Shown here: positions 63,201 to 64,000 of the stretch, one piece after another
Layout: every line of letters begins with the position of its first letter
Numbering within the stretch: position 1 is the first letter of the stretch
Program-made: the position numbers and the translations under genes
Notes under the pieces: generated by a model
Seen by the model: the letters and a program-made list of their open reading frames with translations, nothing else
Database searches by the model: none
Told to the model about the DNA's origin: nothing
Assembly (NCBI GenBank): GCA_002633005.1
Contig: NMRA01000021.1
Coordinates: 1,618,119-1,682,118 of the forward strand
Length of the DNA: 64,000 nucleotides
Direction: 5' to 3'
Source: Phoronis australis
Taxonomy: Eukaryota; Animalia; Phoronida

Positions 63201-64000
63201 AGGAAGATATTATTAGGAAGGGTCAAGTGGCAAATCAACGATTTTGGCTATTTCTGCGAAACAAATTGCATAATTTTTGTTCTATGACATGCGTTTATCT
63301 CGTAACTGTGCTTTGAAAATGTTGACTCCAACGCACGCTATGCGCTCCTGGGAATGCCGTCTATGTATAGATAGCGCTGAAGTCAAATATAGTCTCGAGT
63401 ACACCGCGTTACCGCTTCAGCAGCCTGTGGTCTCATGCAATGAGATACATATTTATCTCACTGTACGCGCATAGACCTGTAGGAATGGAATGCCAACTCC
63501 CACGCGTGATTCGTGCATTCTAGTGTTAGAGCTTAAAGAGGAAATTGCAAGGTCCAAACCAATCTGAACAACAATATGGTCTAAATTCTAGTTTATAGTT
63601 ATCATTGCTATATTCTTAACATTAACTGAATTGAACACCGCTATACAAAGTTATTTACATATTTAGTGCCGTGGTGCTGTAACGCCATCGTTGTAACGGA
63701 GAATAGAAACCGCGCCATTTTCGTTCGTTACACATCTGTGACGTGGTGTTTGGGAACACAAAGGAAGCAATGTGTGTCCAAGTGAGTACAGCAGCGTAGA
63801 TGAGGAATACTTTGAACGATACAGGGACGGACAGGTGAACTTTTCAGATGATTCCGACCTTTCGGATGTGGAGGTAGAGGTAACAGATCCCAGAGGAACA
63901 ATATGTGTTCACAGCTTTTCTGTAGTGGAGCCATTCTCCCTCGATCCCTTTCACGGCCCTTTCTCTGGTCGCCGAAGGTTCGTCCTGTGAACGTCAACAG

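Noticed and set aside
1-64000. CRISPR array or prokaryotic operon/defence system
   Set aside because: The sequence is eukaryotic (spliceosomal introns, LINEs, SECIS), and no regularly spaced repeat-spacer array was seen.

Overview
Eukaryotic (animal) draft genomic scaffold, AT-rich and repeat-dense, with one long gap (1884-2533) and four single-N joins (20811, 25782, 44254, 61056). No rRNA, genuine tRNA or CRISPR array was seen. The main host gene, which the ORF track misses, is a spliced selenoprotein W gene (SELENOW) on the minus strand. It has five coding exons giving an 85-aa protein with a CGAU motif, an in-frame TGA, and a SECIS hairpin in a separate non-coding last exon. Two intact intronless class A GPCR paralogues lie on the plus strand. 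A third paralogue has been destroyed by a Kolobok-type DNA element in its TATA-like box, a LINE nested inside a LINE in its coding sequence, and a rearrangement that fuses it to SELENOW intron 1. That fusion junction occurs twice, about 33 kb apart, and leaves three copies of SELENOW coding exon 1. Other elements include a LINE with a 2A/StopGo motif, an inverted pair of degenerate Penelope-type hammerhead ribozyme motifs, a Gypsy pol relic, tRNA-derived SINE heads and several MITE/foldback elements. All parts belong to known families; what is unusual is their arrangement, and some of the duplication may be assembly or haplotype redundancy.
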